Shown here in pieces: positions 8,728-17,970 of a DNA stretch of 64,000 nucleotides. The stretch is taken from NCBI GenBank assembly GCA_965205605.1, contig CBDBHE010000006.1, forward strand, positions 64,001 through 128,000. Reading direction: 5' to 3'. Position 1 is the first letter of the stretch. Each line of letters opens with the position of its first letter. The stretch is from Spirochaetota bacterium. GTDB lineage: Bacteria > Spirochaetota > UBA12135 > COTS27 > CBDBHE01. The position numbers and the translations under genes were made by a program. Below the pieces are notes generated by a model. The model did no database searches and was not told where the DNA came from. It saw nothing but the letters and a program-made list of their open reading frames with translations.

Positions 8728-10161
8728 ATGAAATATGTCGGCTTTATCTTAGACCTTTTTCGAGATAATCGGTATGCAGACTTTAATGAAGATTTGCGTC
8801 ATTTTTATCAAAAAATTAATATCACAGAGATTAAAGTTGTAAATAATCTTAATCAACCTTTGCTTTCTTTTTTATATAAGCATTCGCAAGGGTTTGATGC
8901 GATTGTGATGGTGCATAGTGATAGTGAATTTTATAATGTTGGGGAAAACCAAAGGCTTTTGAGTAATTTTGAAAAATATGGTTGTGATATTGGTTTTGGG
9001 GATGATTTCCCAAAAGGGATTGTAGGAGAAGTCGTTCGAAGAGATGCTTTGTCTGTTTTAGAAAATTTGCGTGTTGAAAAAGGGCTTAAAGAAGAAAGAA
9101 ATTTGATTCATAATCTCATTCATATTGATGTGAATATGTTTGATTTAGAAAACTTATATGCAGAAATTAATTTACATACTTTAAGATTATCTTTTTTTAG
9201 TGATAACCAGCAGGATGCTTTTGTAATCAAAAAAATTAAATCAATACTTCCTTATAAAAAAGGAGACTGCTTCAATTTTTCTTTTACAGAGATGGCACAA
9301 TCTATTATAAATCATCGGCATCACTTGCGTACCATAAGCAAATATTTTGAAGTTGAAATTTCTAATCAATGTGAACAAGCATGTGTTTTTTGTCCTAAAA
9401 CACACCTTCCTAAACAAGAAGCGATTTTTATGAGTTTTGATGATTATAAAGTCATTTTGGAAAAAATCTCTTCTTTTTCTGATAACCCTACTATTAATTT
9501 TACAGGGATGGGCGAAGCGTTAAAAAATAAAGATTTTTTGACTATCTTAAAAGATACCTTAGCTAAAAACATTGCTTGTTTTTGGGAAACATCGGCTTGT
9601 GAATTAACCTCAGAAATAGCTGATGAAATCCTTTCTTTTGAAAATCAAGAAAAATTGTTAACCATTATTTTTTCTATTGATGCGGTTGATGAAACTCTTT
9701 ATAAAAAGCTTAGACCTTCTAAGCATTCTTTTAAAGAAACTTTGGAAAATATTGAATATGTTCTTCTTCGAAAAAGAGACAATGCGTATGTTCAAGCAGT
9801 TAAGATGAAAGACAATTTTGAACATTTAGTGACTTATCATCATTATTTTAAGCGTTACACGAATAATATTATTATTCAAAAATACAATGGTTATAAAGGT
9901 TTTCTAGAAGAAAGACGACTCAATCCTATGGAGCCTTTTGAAGCCATTGGTTGTTGGCATTTGAAGCGAGAGATGGTGGTTGATGTTAGAGGAGATGTGT
10001 ATGTGTGTAAGCAAGATATTAAAAAAGAACATTGTTTGGGAAATTTAAAAACAGAGCCAATACAAGCTATTTTTGATAAAGGGCAATCTTATTTTGAAAA
10101 ACATCTTAAAAAATGGGATTTTTGTAAAAATTGTGATGAATATTACACTTATAATCTTTAA
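8728..10161 (+). CDS. Radical SAM/SPASM protein, spiro-SPASM-like
   Basis: N-terminal nucleotidyltransferase-like region, CxxxCxxC (CEQACVFC), and a SPASM tail (CWHLKRE...VCKQD...GN...FCKNCDEYYTYN) resembling the spirochete spiro-SPASM family. Confidence 0.8.
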   Translation: MKYVGFILDLFRDNRYADFNEDLRHFYQKINITEIKVVNNLNQPLLSFLYKHSQGFDAIVMVHSDSEFYNVGENQRLLSNFEKYGCDIGFGDDFPKGIVGEVVRRDALSVLENLRVEKGLKEERNLIHNLIHIDVNMFDLENLYAEINLHTLRLSFFSDNQQDAFVIKKIKSILPYKKGDCFNFSFTEMAQSIINHRHHLRTISKYFEVEISNQCEQACVFCPKTHLPKQEAIFMSFDDYKVILEKISSFSDNPTINFTGMGEALKNKDFLTILKDTLAKNIACFWETSACELTSEIADEILSFENQEKLLTIIFSIDAVDETLYKKLRPSKHSFKETLENIEYVLLRKRDNAYVQAVKMKDNFEHLVTYHHYFKRYTNNIIIQKYNGYKGFLEERRLNPMEPFEAIGCWHLKREMVVDVRGDVYVCKQDIKKEHCLGNLKTEPIQAIFDKGQSYFEKHLKKWDFCKNCDEYYTYNL

Positions 10162-10255
10162 ATTTTCATTTTTTCTATAAGTTTTCTTATTTTTTTTTGA
10201 TAGGCTATGTTTTTAAAAAACCTATACCGAAAATTATAAGGTAATTATCTTTATA

Positions 10256-10996
10256 ATGGTTCGCTTTATGCATCGATTTATTTTTATAGCTTTAATAATT
10301 TTTTCTTTTCTTTTTTCAAAGACGCCATCAAAAGTGTTTGAAACTCAAACAGCGGTTGTTTCTGATCAAGGAGCCTATGCTTTTGAGTTTAATTTTTATA
10401 ATAATGGAGGGGTTCAAGGGAAGGCTGGTTTGGCGATTAGTTCTTTTTTTGAGCTTGGTGTTATTGAATACATTGATGGGCTTATTGGAAAAGAAAAAGT
10501 TACTTTTAATGTTCCGGGTGTTTTTGCAAAAATTAAATTTACAGATAATGCGGTAGAAAAATGGAATTTTTCTTTTGGGTATGATGCTCTTTATAGTGGT
10601 TCTTTTTCAGAATATGCAGATAAACGTTATGGAGTTTATGGAGTTTTTTCTAAAGGATTCTTTTTTATTTTACCGCTTCCTCATGTTTATAGTGTTGGGA
10701 TTGTTTATCCGGTAGTACCTGATGAAGGTACTTTAAATTTTTATTCTTCTATTATTTCTAGTTTTAATGAAATGTTTTCACTTGGAATTGAGTTGACGAG
10801 CCTTTCTCTTGAAGACAGGAAAAATTATAACTTTATTAACAATTGGTCTTTTAATTTTAATCTTAATGAACAGTTTTCTATCCAATTTACTTTACAACTT
10901 GGAAGTCGAAATGAATACAATGCTCAAGATTCTTTAGAAAAAACGATTATAGACTATAGTCGAAATGTTCGTTTAGTATACGGAAGTTTTTTTTAA
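10256..10996 (+). CDS. Putative outer-membrane beta-barrel protein
   Basis: Signal peptide, alternating aromatic/hydrophobic strands and a C-terminal Phe (VRLVYGSFF). Start may be ATG 10268. Confidence 0.55.
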   Translation: MVRFMHRFIFIALIIFSFLFSKTPSKVFETQTAVVSDQGAYAFEFNFYNNGGVQGKAGLAISSFFELGVIEYIDGLIGKEKVTFNVPGVFAKIKFTDNAVEKWNFSFGYDALYSGSFSEYADKRYGVYGVFSKGFFFILPLPHVYSVGIVYPVVPDEGTLNFYSSIISSFNEMFSLGIELTSLSLEDRKNYNFINNWSFNFNLNEQFSIQFTLQLGSRNEYNAQDSLEKTIIDYSRNVRLVYGSFF

Positions 10997-11114
10997 ATTA
11001 AATCTTAAACAGCTACAGCCGTTAGTTAATATCTTAAAAAAAAGCTAGATCGATCAATAAAGATTAATTTCTAATGATATAGATAAGGACTAAACGAATA
11101 AAAAAATTGATTTT

Positions 11115-11732
11115 TTACCTAGAATAAAACTCAATAATTAAAGATTCATTCAATTCAAAAGGATAATAAATATCTTCTCTTTCAGGCAGGCGATCTAATT
11201 TACCGCTAATTTTTTGAGAATCAAGTGTTAAATAAAGAGGAACTTCTCTTTCTGGATGCTCAAGATGAGTTTTAATAAGAGGGATTTCTTTTGATTTGCC
11301 TTTAATACGTATAACGTCATCTTTTTTAACAAGATATGAACAAATATTAATTTTTTTTTCATTAACCAAAATATGTCCATGAGAAACAATTTGTTTCGCT
11401 GCAAAAATAGTTGGAACCAAGTTCATCCGGTAAACAATCACATCAAGTCTTTTTTCTAAAAGAAGAATGAAATTATTCCCTATATTACCACCTTTTTGTT
11501 TTGCTTTTTTGTAATAGTGATTAAATTGATGTTCGCGTATACTACCATAAAAAAACTTTAATTTTTGTTTTTCATCAAGACGTAAACCATATTCTGATTT
11601 TTTTCGGGTTCTTTTTTGAAAACTACCCCCACCACTTTCTTTTTTTTTTGCTAAAGGGTCTCGTGGCCGTCCCCAAAGGTTTACTCGAAACCTTTTTGCA
11701 ATTTTATTTTTAGGGCCAAAATTTGAAGACAT
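11115..11732 (-). CDS. rpsD: 30S ribosomal protein S4 (stand-alone)
   Basis: KKSEYGLRLDEKQKLKFFYG, LEKRLDVIVYR, AKQIVSHGHILVN, IIEFYSR. No Zn-binding cysteines. Confidence 0.97.
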   Translation of the reverse strand: MSSNFGPKNKIAKRFRVNLWGRPRDPLAKKKESGGGSFQKRTRKKSEYGLRLDEKQKLKFFYGSIREHQFNHYYKKAKQKGGNIGNNFILLLEKRLDVIVYRMNLVPTIFAAKQIVSHGHILVNEKKINICSYLVKKDDVIRIKGKSKEIPLIKTHLEHPEREVPLYLTLDSQKISGKLDRLPEREDIYYPFELNESLIIEFYSR

Positions 11733-11748
11733 CGTTAATAAGTATTTT

Positions 11749-11778
11749 ATTATAAGGTTAAAATTATTTTCAAGTCAA
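11749..11778 (-). promoter_or_regulatory. sigma70 promoter of rpsD
   Basis: TTGACT-N18-TATAAT. The -10 lies 16 nt upstream of the ATG and there is no SD. Confidence 0.6.
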
Positions 11779-11938
11779 TTTTTGTTAAAGTTTTATTTTC
11801 TTTTGTCAATTAATACAAGCTTAAAGCTGATGATGCTATAATCATAAACACTCTTTTAAGCAATTCTTTTCTGTTTTCAATGTCACTTTTTCATTTAAAC
11901 CAATTAATTTTGTTGCTTTAAATATTTAACTTCAAAAA

Positions 11939-13264
11939 ATGTTCAAGTGGTTTAAAACTTTATCTTTATTTAATCATCACCAACACTTTTCAGAAGAGCA
12001 AAAAGAAAAGATTGAAGTTTTTAAAAATCAAATTCTTCAAAGTATTAATTCTTCTAAAAACCATGTTCCTAAAGAGATGTCTTTAAACTTTGTTTCAAAA
12101 AAAGATACAACTGAAACTAAAGAAGATAAAACTAAAACTAAAAATTCTTTTTTATCTTCTTATCGTTTTGAAGAATTATTTTTAAAAAAAGAAATTATTA
12201 TTCGTCTTCGTCATTTAAATTTTATATCTCCAACAGAAGTACAAGAAAAAGTCCTTCCTTTGGCTTTAGAAGGGAAAAATATTTTATGTTCATCAGAGAC
12301 AGGTTCTGGGAAAACGTTAGCGTTTGTTTTGCCAATGATTCAACAATTAATAGAACAAAAAATTTCCCAAGGGTTGATTATTGTCCCAACAAGAGAAATT
12401 GCCATTCAAATCGAATCACTCTTAGAGAATTTTTTAAAAGAATTTAGCTTTAGATCTGTTCTCCTTATAGGCGGGGTAAATATTAAAGAACAAAAGCTTG
12501 TTCTTAAAAATTATCCTCAAATTATAGTAGCAACTCCAGGGCGATTACTCGATGTATTAAATACAGGTCTTTTGTGGCTTAAGTACACTCATTTTGTTGT
12601 TTTAGATGAAGCCGACCGAATGCTTGATATGGGGTTTGAAAAAGACTTGATTCGTATTTATCAAGAGCTTCCAGGAAATCAACAAACTCTTTTTTTTACA
12701 GCGACTTTAGTTAAAGGTGTTGAATCTCTTGTTTTAAGATATACAAGAAATTATGAAAAAATTATTATTGGACAAAGACTTGCCGCTGGAAAAAATATTA
12801 AGCATGGATTAATAAAAGTCGATCAAAGAAGTAAAACTAAAATATTAAAAAATATTTTTTCTTTAGAAAAAGAAAAAATGATTGTTTTTTTTAATACCAT
12901 TAAATCCGCCCAAAAATGTTATGCTTTTTTTAAAAACCTTGGTCTTAAAAAAATGGAAGTAATTCACTCTGGGAGAAGTCAAGAAAAAAGAGAAGAGATT
13001 ATTTTTAAATTTAAATCAAATGAAATAAATATTCTTTTTGGGACTGATTTGGCAGCTAGGGGCTTGGATATTGTTAATGTTTCTTTGGTGATAAATTATG
13101 ATATCCCAAGATATTCTGAAGAATACATTCATCGCATTGGTAGGACAGGTCGAGCTGGAAAATCAGGTCGGGCTTATAGTTTTTTTACTCCTCAAGATGG
13201 CAAGAACGTTAAAGCGATCGAATCCATTATTGGTAAAAAACTGCAATTTCTTTCTTTTTGTTAA
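11939..13264 (+). CDS. DEAD-box RNA helicase
   Basis: Q motif PTEVQ, SETGSGKT, PTREIA, TPGRL, DEAD, TAT, ARGLD and HRIGRTGRAG, with an N-terminal extension of about 70 aa. Confidence 0.95.
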   Translation: MFKWFKTLSLFNHHQHFSEEQKEKIEVFKNQILQSINSSKNHVPKEMSLNFVSKKDTTETKEDKTKTKNSFLSSYRFEELFLKKEIIIRLRHLNFISPTEVQEKVLPLALEGKNILCSSETGSGKTLAFVLPMIQQLIEQKISQGLIIVPTREIAIQIESLLENFLKEFSFRSVLLIGGVNIKEQKLVLKNYPQIIVATPGRLLDVLNTGLLWLKYTHFVVLDEADRMLDMGFEKDLIRIYQELPGNQQTLFFTATLVKGVESLVLRYTRNYEKIIIGQRLAAGKNIKHGLIKVDQRSKTKILKNIFSLEKEKMIVFFNTIKSAQKCYAFFKNLGLKKMEVIHSGRSQEKREEIIFKFKSNEINILFGTDLAARGLDIVNVSLVINYDIPRYSEEYIHRIGRTGRAGKSGRAYSFFTPQDGKNVKAIESIIGKKLQFLSFC

Positions 13265-13308
13265 GGATTGAATTTTTTTTTTTGAAATGACATAATTATT
13301 AAATAAAT

Positions 13309-13995
13309 ATGAAAATAATCTTTTTAATTATTTTTTTATTGGTTTCTTTTGTTTTTCCACAAGATCTTTGGAAAGAAACAGGAGATATTTTTACCGATCA
13401 AAGGCTCCTTTCTATAGGAGAGATTATTCATATTCATTTTGAAGAAGGTTTGATTATTTCTTACCAGTCTACCCTTAATAAATTAATTCAAAAAAATACT
13501 CAAAGCCCTACAAGTAAAGCTGAAATACTTTCTTTTTTGCCTAGTTTGTCACTAGATAAAAATCAAAGTGCTTCTTCAGAGTTTTCAGCACAATCTTCTC
13601 AAGAATTTAGTGGATCCATTGCAGCTAGAATTGTTAATTACCAAGCCGCTTCAAAAGTCTACACCATTGAAGCCACTCAAAGCATTAATATCGAAGGCAG
13701 TCCACAAACCATTCTTTTACGGGGTTTGATTAGTCGAAAAGATTTGTCAGCTCGTCAAATCTCTTCTAGTAAAATCGCTAACACTCAAATCTTTTTTCAA
13801 GGAAATATCATTAAAGATAAAAAAAAATTTTTAGAAAAAGATTTTATCAATTTGTTTAATGATGAAAAAAATGACAACACTAATGACAAAAATAGTGAAA
13901 ATAAAAGTCAAACTAACACCATCAAATTAGCAACAGATAAAAAAAAACAAATTTTTTTAGATTTTTTTAATCTTTTTTTAAATGAACTTTTTTAA
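13309..13995 (+). CDS. flgH: Divergent flagellar L-ring protein FlgH-like
   Basis: IFTDQRLLSIGEIIHI.FEE, FSGSIAARIV and ILLRGLISRKDL...ISSSKIANTQIFFQG follow the FlgH pattern (LFxDxRAxxVGDxxxV; IRLxGxVRPxDI...SxxIAxAxIxYxG). No lipobox Cys. Confidence 0.65.
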   Translation: MKIIFLIIFLLVSFVFPQDLWKETGDIFTDQRLLSIGEIIHIHFEEGLIISYQSTLNKLIQKNTQSPTSKAEILSFLPSLSLDKNQSASSEFSAQSSQEFSGSIAARIVNYQAASKVYTIEATQSINIEGSPQTILLRGLISRKDLSARQISSSKIANTQIFFQGNIIKDKKKFLEKDFINLFNDEKNDNTNDKNSENKSQTNTIKLATDKKKQIFLDFFNLFLNELF

Positions 13996-14000
13996 AAGTA

Positions 14001-15182
14001 ATGTTTTTTTCTTTTGCAAAGAAAATTTTTAAATTTTTTTTTTTTCTTCTTTTCTTATTTTTTTTTTCTTCTCTTTCTTCTTTTTATATCACGCCTTATT
14101 TAGTTAATAAAGGTTACAAGGCGATTTTGCTTCCTCAAGCTCAAGGGATTGAATATGTCAAAAAAGGAATTAAAATCAAAATAAAAGAATATAGCCCTCT
14201 TATAAAAATTAATAAAGCTTATTTTTTTTTTAAGGATTTTCCTCATATCGGCCTAAAAGGGACCGTGTTAAACAAAGAAGATGCTATTTTTTTACAGCAA
14301 ACTCTTTTAGTGTATGAAAAAGAAGTTGAATATAAAAGAAAAAAAATGCTTAAAAGTAAAAAAAAAACACCAGGTATTAAAACAAATACTTTTGATCTTA
14401 GGGCTTCTCCTCCTATTCGTCAATTAAGGCATGGGAGTCAAAAAAATAAAATTGATAAAATTATTTTAGATGCAGGTCATGGAGGACAAGACGTGGGAGC
14501 TTCTTCTTACGGGTTTTTAGAAAAAGATTTGGCTATATTGGTCACTCGGGACTTGAAAAAATCTTTATTAAAACTTGGCTCTAAAGCTAAAATTATTTTG
14601 ATTCGAAATCGCGACCAATATGTTTCTTTAGAAAAACGATGCCACTTAGCTAATCGCTCTCTTGGGCCTTATGAAAATGGGTTATTTGTTAGCATTCATT
14701 TAAACACTTGGTTTAATGAAAAAATAACGGGATTTGAAACATATTACTTGGGTCATAATAAAAAAATTCTTAAAGCAAGAGTGTATGCTCATATTGAAGA
14801 CACCAGTTTTAATATTCAAAAAACAAATCTTTCTTATATGGATCCTTTTAAAATTATTTTTAGTCATCTCGAAGTCATCCAATATCAAAAAGAAAGTCGT
14901 TTTATTGCTAATAAAGTATCTACTTTAGTGCATCAAAAAATTAATGATTATACAGTTAATCGAGGGGTGAAATCAGAGCTTTTTTACGTTTTAAAAGGAG
15001 TTTTAATGCCTTCAATTTTAATTGAAGTCGGCTTTATTTCTAATAAAAACGATCTTGAGTTTATAACCGATGTAAAAAATAGAAGGCGCCTGACAGATAG
15101 TGTTGCTAGTGGTATTATTGAATATGAAAAAGATTTTGAAAAAACAATTGGTTTTTCTCAAAATCTTTTTTTGTTAGAATGA
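14001..15182 (+). CDS. N-acetylmuramoyl-L-alanine amidase (Amidase_3)
   Basis: IILDAGHGGQD, EK, SLEKRC.LAN, FVSIHLN and MPSILIEVGFISN, with an N-terminal hydrophobic segment. Confidence 0.92.
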   Translation: MFFSFAKKIFKFFFFLLFLFFFSSLSSFYITPYLVNKGYKAILLPQAQGIEYVKKGIKIKIKEYSPLIKINKAYFFFKDFPHIGLKGTVLNKEDAIFLQQTLLVYEKEVEYKRKKMLKSKKKTPGIKTNTFDLRASPPIRQLRHGSQKNKIDKIILDAGHGGQDVGASSYGFLEKDLAILVTRDLKKSLLKLGSKAKIILIRNRDQYVSLEKRCHLANRSLGPYENGLFVSIHLNTWFNEKITGFETYYLGHNKKILKARVYAHIEDTSFNIQKTNLSYMDPFKIIFSHLEVIQYQKESRFIANKVSTLVHQKINDYTVNRGVKSELFYVLKGVLMPSILIEVGFISNKNDLEFITDVKNRRRLTDSVASGIIEYEKDFEKTIGFSQNLFLLE

Positions 15183-15190
15183 TTTTTAAA

Positions 15191-16030
15191 TTAATTAGAC
15201 TTAGTTTTTTCTAATTGCTTAGCTCTTTTAAGGGCTGCTTTAACAGCAGAAACAATGATAGTTTCTAATTTATTTTTTTTTAAAATTTCCAGCGCCTTAG
15301 TGGTGGTGCCTTTAGAGGAACTGACTTGTTTTATTAACGACAGGGGAGTCATTTTTTCTTGTTCTTCTAAAAGAGAGCACGTCCCTTTTGAAGTTTTAAT
15401 TGCCAAATCTAAAGAAGTCTTTGCATCAAGTCCACATTGTTGCCCCGCTTTTGATAAGGCTTCTAAAAAAACAGCCACGTAAGCGGGGCCACTTCCTGAT
15501 AGAGCTGTAATAGCATTTATTTTTTCTTCTTTTACTTTGATATAGTTACCAAGTAATTCTAAATAAAAACAAATGATTGATTGATTTTTTTTTTTGAAAT
15601 ATTTATTAAAACAAACTCCCCCAGTGCCTTTACCAATAATAGATGGTAAATTAGGCATCAAACGAGCAATTTGTACCTTTGGATTTGAAAAGCTGTCTTC
15701 TAGTGTTTTTAATTTGATGCCCGCAGCAATGGAGATGAATATTTTATTATGTAAATTAGGAGCTTGTCTGATACTTTCAATGACTTTTGTTATTTCAAAA
15801 GGCTTGACACAAATAAAAATGAGATTACTTTTAGCAACTAATTGTTTTAGATCAGTTGTTAGCTTAAGATTAAGTTTTTTATTAAATTTTTTAAGTGTTT
15901 TTTCATTGACATCATAAAGAACTATTTTTTTAATCTTTCTTTTTTTTTCTATAAAAGATTTGGCAATACCAAAACCCATGTTGCCAACACCAATAACTCC
16001 TATTGTTTTGCCAAATAAATAATTTTTCAA
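15191..16030 (-). CDS. proC: Pyrroline-5-carboxylate reductase
   Basis: IGVGNMG, CVKP, SIAAGI, RLMPN, ALSGSGPAY, VSSSKGTT. Confidence 0.95.
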   Translation of the reverse strand: MKNYLFGKTIGVIGVGNMGFGIAKSFIEKKRKIKKIVLYDVNEKTLKKFNKKLNLKLTTDLKQLVAKSNLIFICVKPFEITKVIESIRQAPNLHNKIFISIAAGIKLKTLEDSFSNPKVQIARLMPNLPSIIGKGTGGVCFNKYFKKKNQSIICFYLELLGNYIKVKEEKINAITALSGSGPAYVAVFLEALSKAGQQCGLDAKTSLDLAIKTSKGTCSLLEEQEKMTPLSLIKQVSSSKGTTTKALEILKKNKLETIIVSAVKAALKRAKQLEKTKSN

Positions 16031-16184
16031 TTTTTTTTAAAGAAGAAAACAAACTTTTTTTAAAAAAGGATTTTTCTCTAAAAGTTTCTATAATGCTAAG
16101 ATACTATAATACATTTTTAAAGACAAGAGTTTTTATTAGTCTCTTTTTTGTAAAATAAATCAAATTTAATAGAGTAGTTTTATT

Positions 16185-17966
16185 TTGGCTTTTGATAAAG
16201 AAATCATTGAACAAGTTAGAAGTGTTTGTGATATTGTTGATGTTATTGGTGAGAAAATCACTTTAAAAAAACAAGCTAACCAATATAAAGCGCTTTGTCC
16301 TTTTCATAATGATAAGCATCCTTCTTTGTTGGTTTCAAGACAAAAACAAATTTATAAATGCTTTTCTTGTGGATCAGGAGGAGATGTTTTTAAATTTCTT
16401 ATGGAGTACGAGCATTTGTCTTTTCCAGAAGCGATTAAAGCACTTGCTAGCAAATATAACATTCCCTTACCTAATGAATCTTTTTTAGAAGGCAATAGTA
16501 TTGATCGATTTTTATCCATTAAGGCGATCAATCTTTTTACCACTGATCTCTATCATCAATATCTTTTAAAGCATCAAAAAGCAAAATCAGCTCGAGAATA
16601 CCTTAAGAAAAGAGGACTTAGTAAAAAATCCATTGAAATTTTTAAAATTGGATATGCTCCTGAAGAATGGCATTTTCTTGAAAAATATTTACAGAAAAAA
16701 AAATTTTCTAAAAAAGATATTTTAAATTCAGGTTTATTGGGACTTCGGTCGAAGGATCAAAAAGCTTATGATTTTTTTAGAGATCGAATTATTTTTCCAA
16801 TTTTTAATGAAAAAAGTGAAGTCATCGGTTTTGGAGGAAGACGCCTAAATGAACAAAATGAAATTAAATATTTAAATACCAAAGAAAGTCTTCTTTTTAA
16901 AAAAAGATCAATCCTTTATGGATTTAGTCATGGCTATCATCAAATTTTAAAAGAAAAGCAAGTTTATATTGTAGAAGGTTATTTAGATGTAATCGCTTGT
17001 TATTTAAATAAGATTCCAGCGGTTGCTCCTTTAGGGACGGCTTTGACACGAGAGCACTTGCAAAAGCTTAAGCGATACCTTTTAAAAATTAATCTTTTAT
17101 TTGATGGAGATTTAGCAGGTAAAAAAGCTTTGCTTAAAGCTTGCTTGGAGATGATTAAAAATGAAATGGAAGGCTTTGCGATAGAGCTGCCTACTAATGA
17201 AGATCCGTATACTTTTTTTAAAAAAAATGGAAAACAATCTTTTTTAAATTTTATTAAAGATCATCAAGTTTTAATTGATGATTATATTATCCAAGCTTAT
17301 GTCCCTAAGCAAGGAAATTTTTCTGTGATTGAAAAAAAAAAAACAATTCAACAGTTTAATGATTTTTTATTAGACATTAAGGATTTATTTTTAAGAAAAG
17401 AGCTTAGTAAAAAAATAGCAAAAGTACTTGATGTTGAAGTTAAACTACTGCAAAATCATTCACCTTCTTTTCAGAAAAAACTTACTGTTTGGAAAAAAAA
17501 AACCCAGAAAGACACTTCTTATTTTGCAATTGAAAGAGAAATGATGCTTTTTTTATGTCATCATCCTGTGTTTGTTGATAAAGTTTTAACGATTATTTCT
17601 CTTGATGAAATTAAAGATACGTTGTCAAAAATTATTTTTGAAAAGCTTATTAATATCGAGAATAAAGAAAAAGCAACTTTTAATATGATTTTGGATTTGT
17701 TTGAAAATGAGCGCATTAAAGATTACTTACTAACTAAATTTGCTCAAGAAGATTTTTTTAAACATGATAACCAAGAAGAACAATTAACGGCTTATTTATG
17801 GACTTTAAGAAGAAAAAATATTGATGATGAAGTTAAAAAAATCACCCAAAAAATTTCAGATTGCTTGATTCATGGCAATAAGAATAAGCTAAATGAGCTT
17901 ATTGAAGAGAAGACGCTGCGTATTAAAGAAAGAGAAAATCTTAGGGAATATATTGAAAACAATTAA
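16185..17966 (+). CDS. dnaG: DNA primase
   Basis: CHC2 Zn finger (CPFHNDKHPS...CFSC), FRDRIIFPI, KYLNT, VEGYLDV, LGTALT, FDGDLAG. Confidence 0.97.
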   Translation: MAFDKEIIEQVRSVCDIVDVIGEKITLKKQANQYKALCPFHNDKHPSLLVSRQKQIYKCFSCGSGGDVFKFLMEYEHLSFPEAIKALASKYNIPLPNESFLEGNSIDRFLSIKAINLFTTDLYHQYLLKHQKAKSAREYLKKRGLSKKSIEIFKIGYAPEEWHFLEKYLQKKKFSKKDILNSGLLGLRSKDQKAYDFFRDRIIFPIFNEKSEVIGFGGRRLNEQNEIKYLNTKESLLFKKRSILYGFSHGYHQILKEKQVYIVEGYLDVIACYLNKIPAVAPLGTALTREHLQKLKRYLLKINLLFDGDLAGKKALLKACLEMIKNEMEGFAIELPTNEDPYTFFKKNGKQSFLNFIKDHQVLIDDYIIQAYVPKQGNFSVIEKKKTIQQFNDFLLDIKDLFLRKELSKKIAKVLDVEVKLLQNHSPSFQKKLTVWKKKTQKDTSYFAIEREMMLFLCHHPVFVDKVLTIISLDEIKDTLSKIIFEKLINIENKEKATFNMILDLFENERIKDYLLTKFAQEDFFKHDNQEEQLTAYLWTLRRKNIDDEVKKITQKISDCLIHGNKNKLNELIEEKTLRIKERENLREYIENN

Positions 17967-17970
17967 TTTT

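Noticed and set aside
11085-11093. AAGGACTAA, reverse complement of the heptamer unit
   Set aside because: A single 9-nt match is expected by chance in 64 kb.
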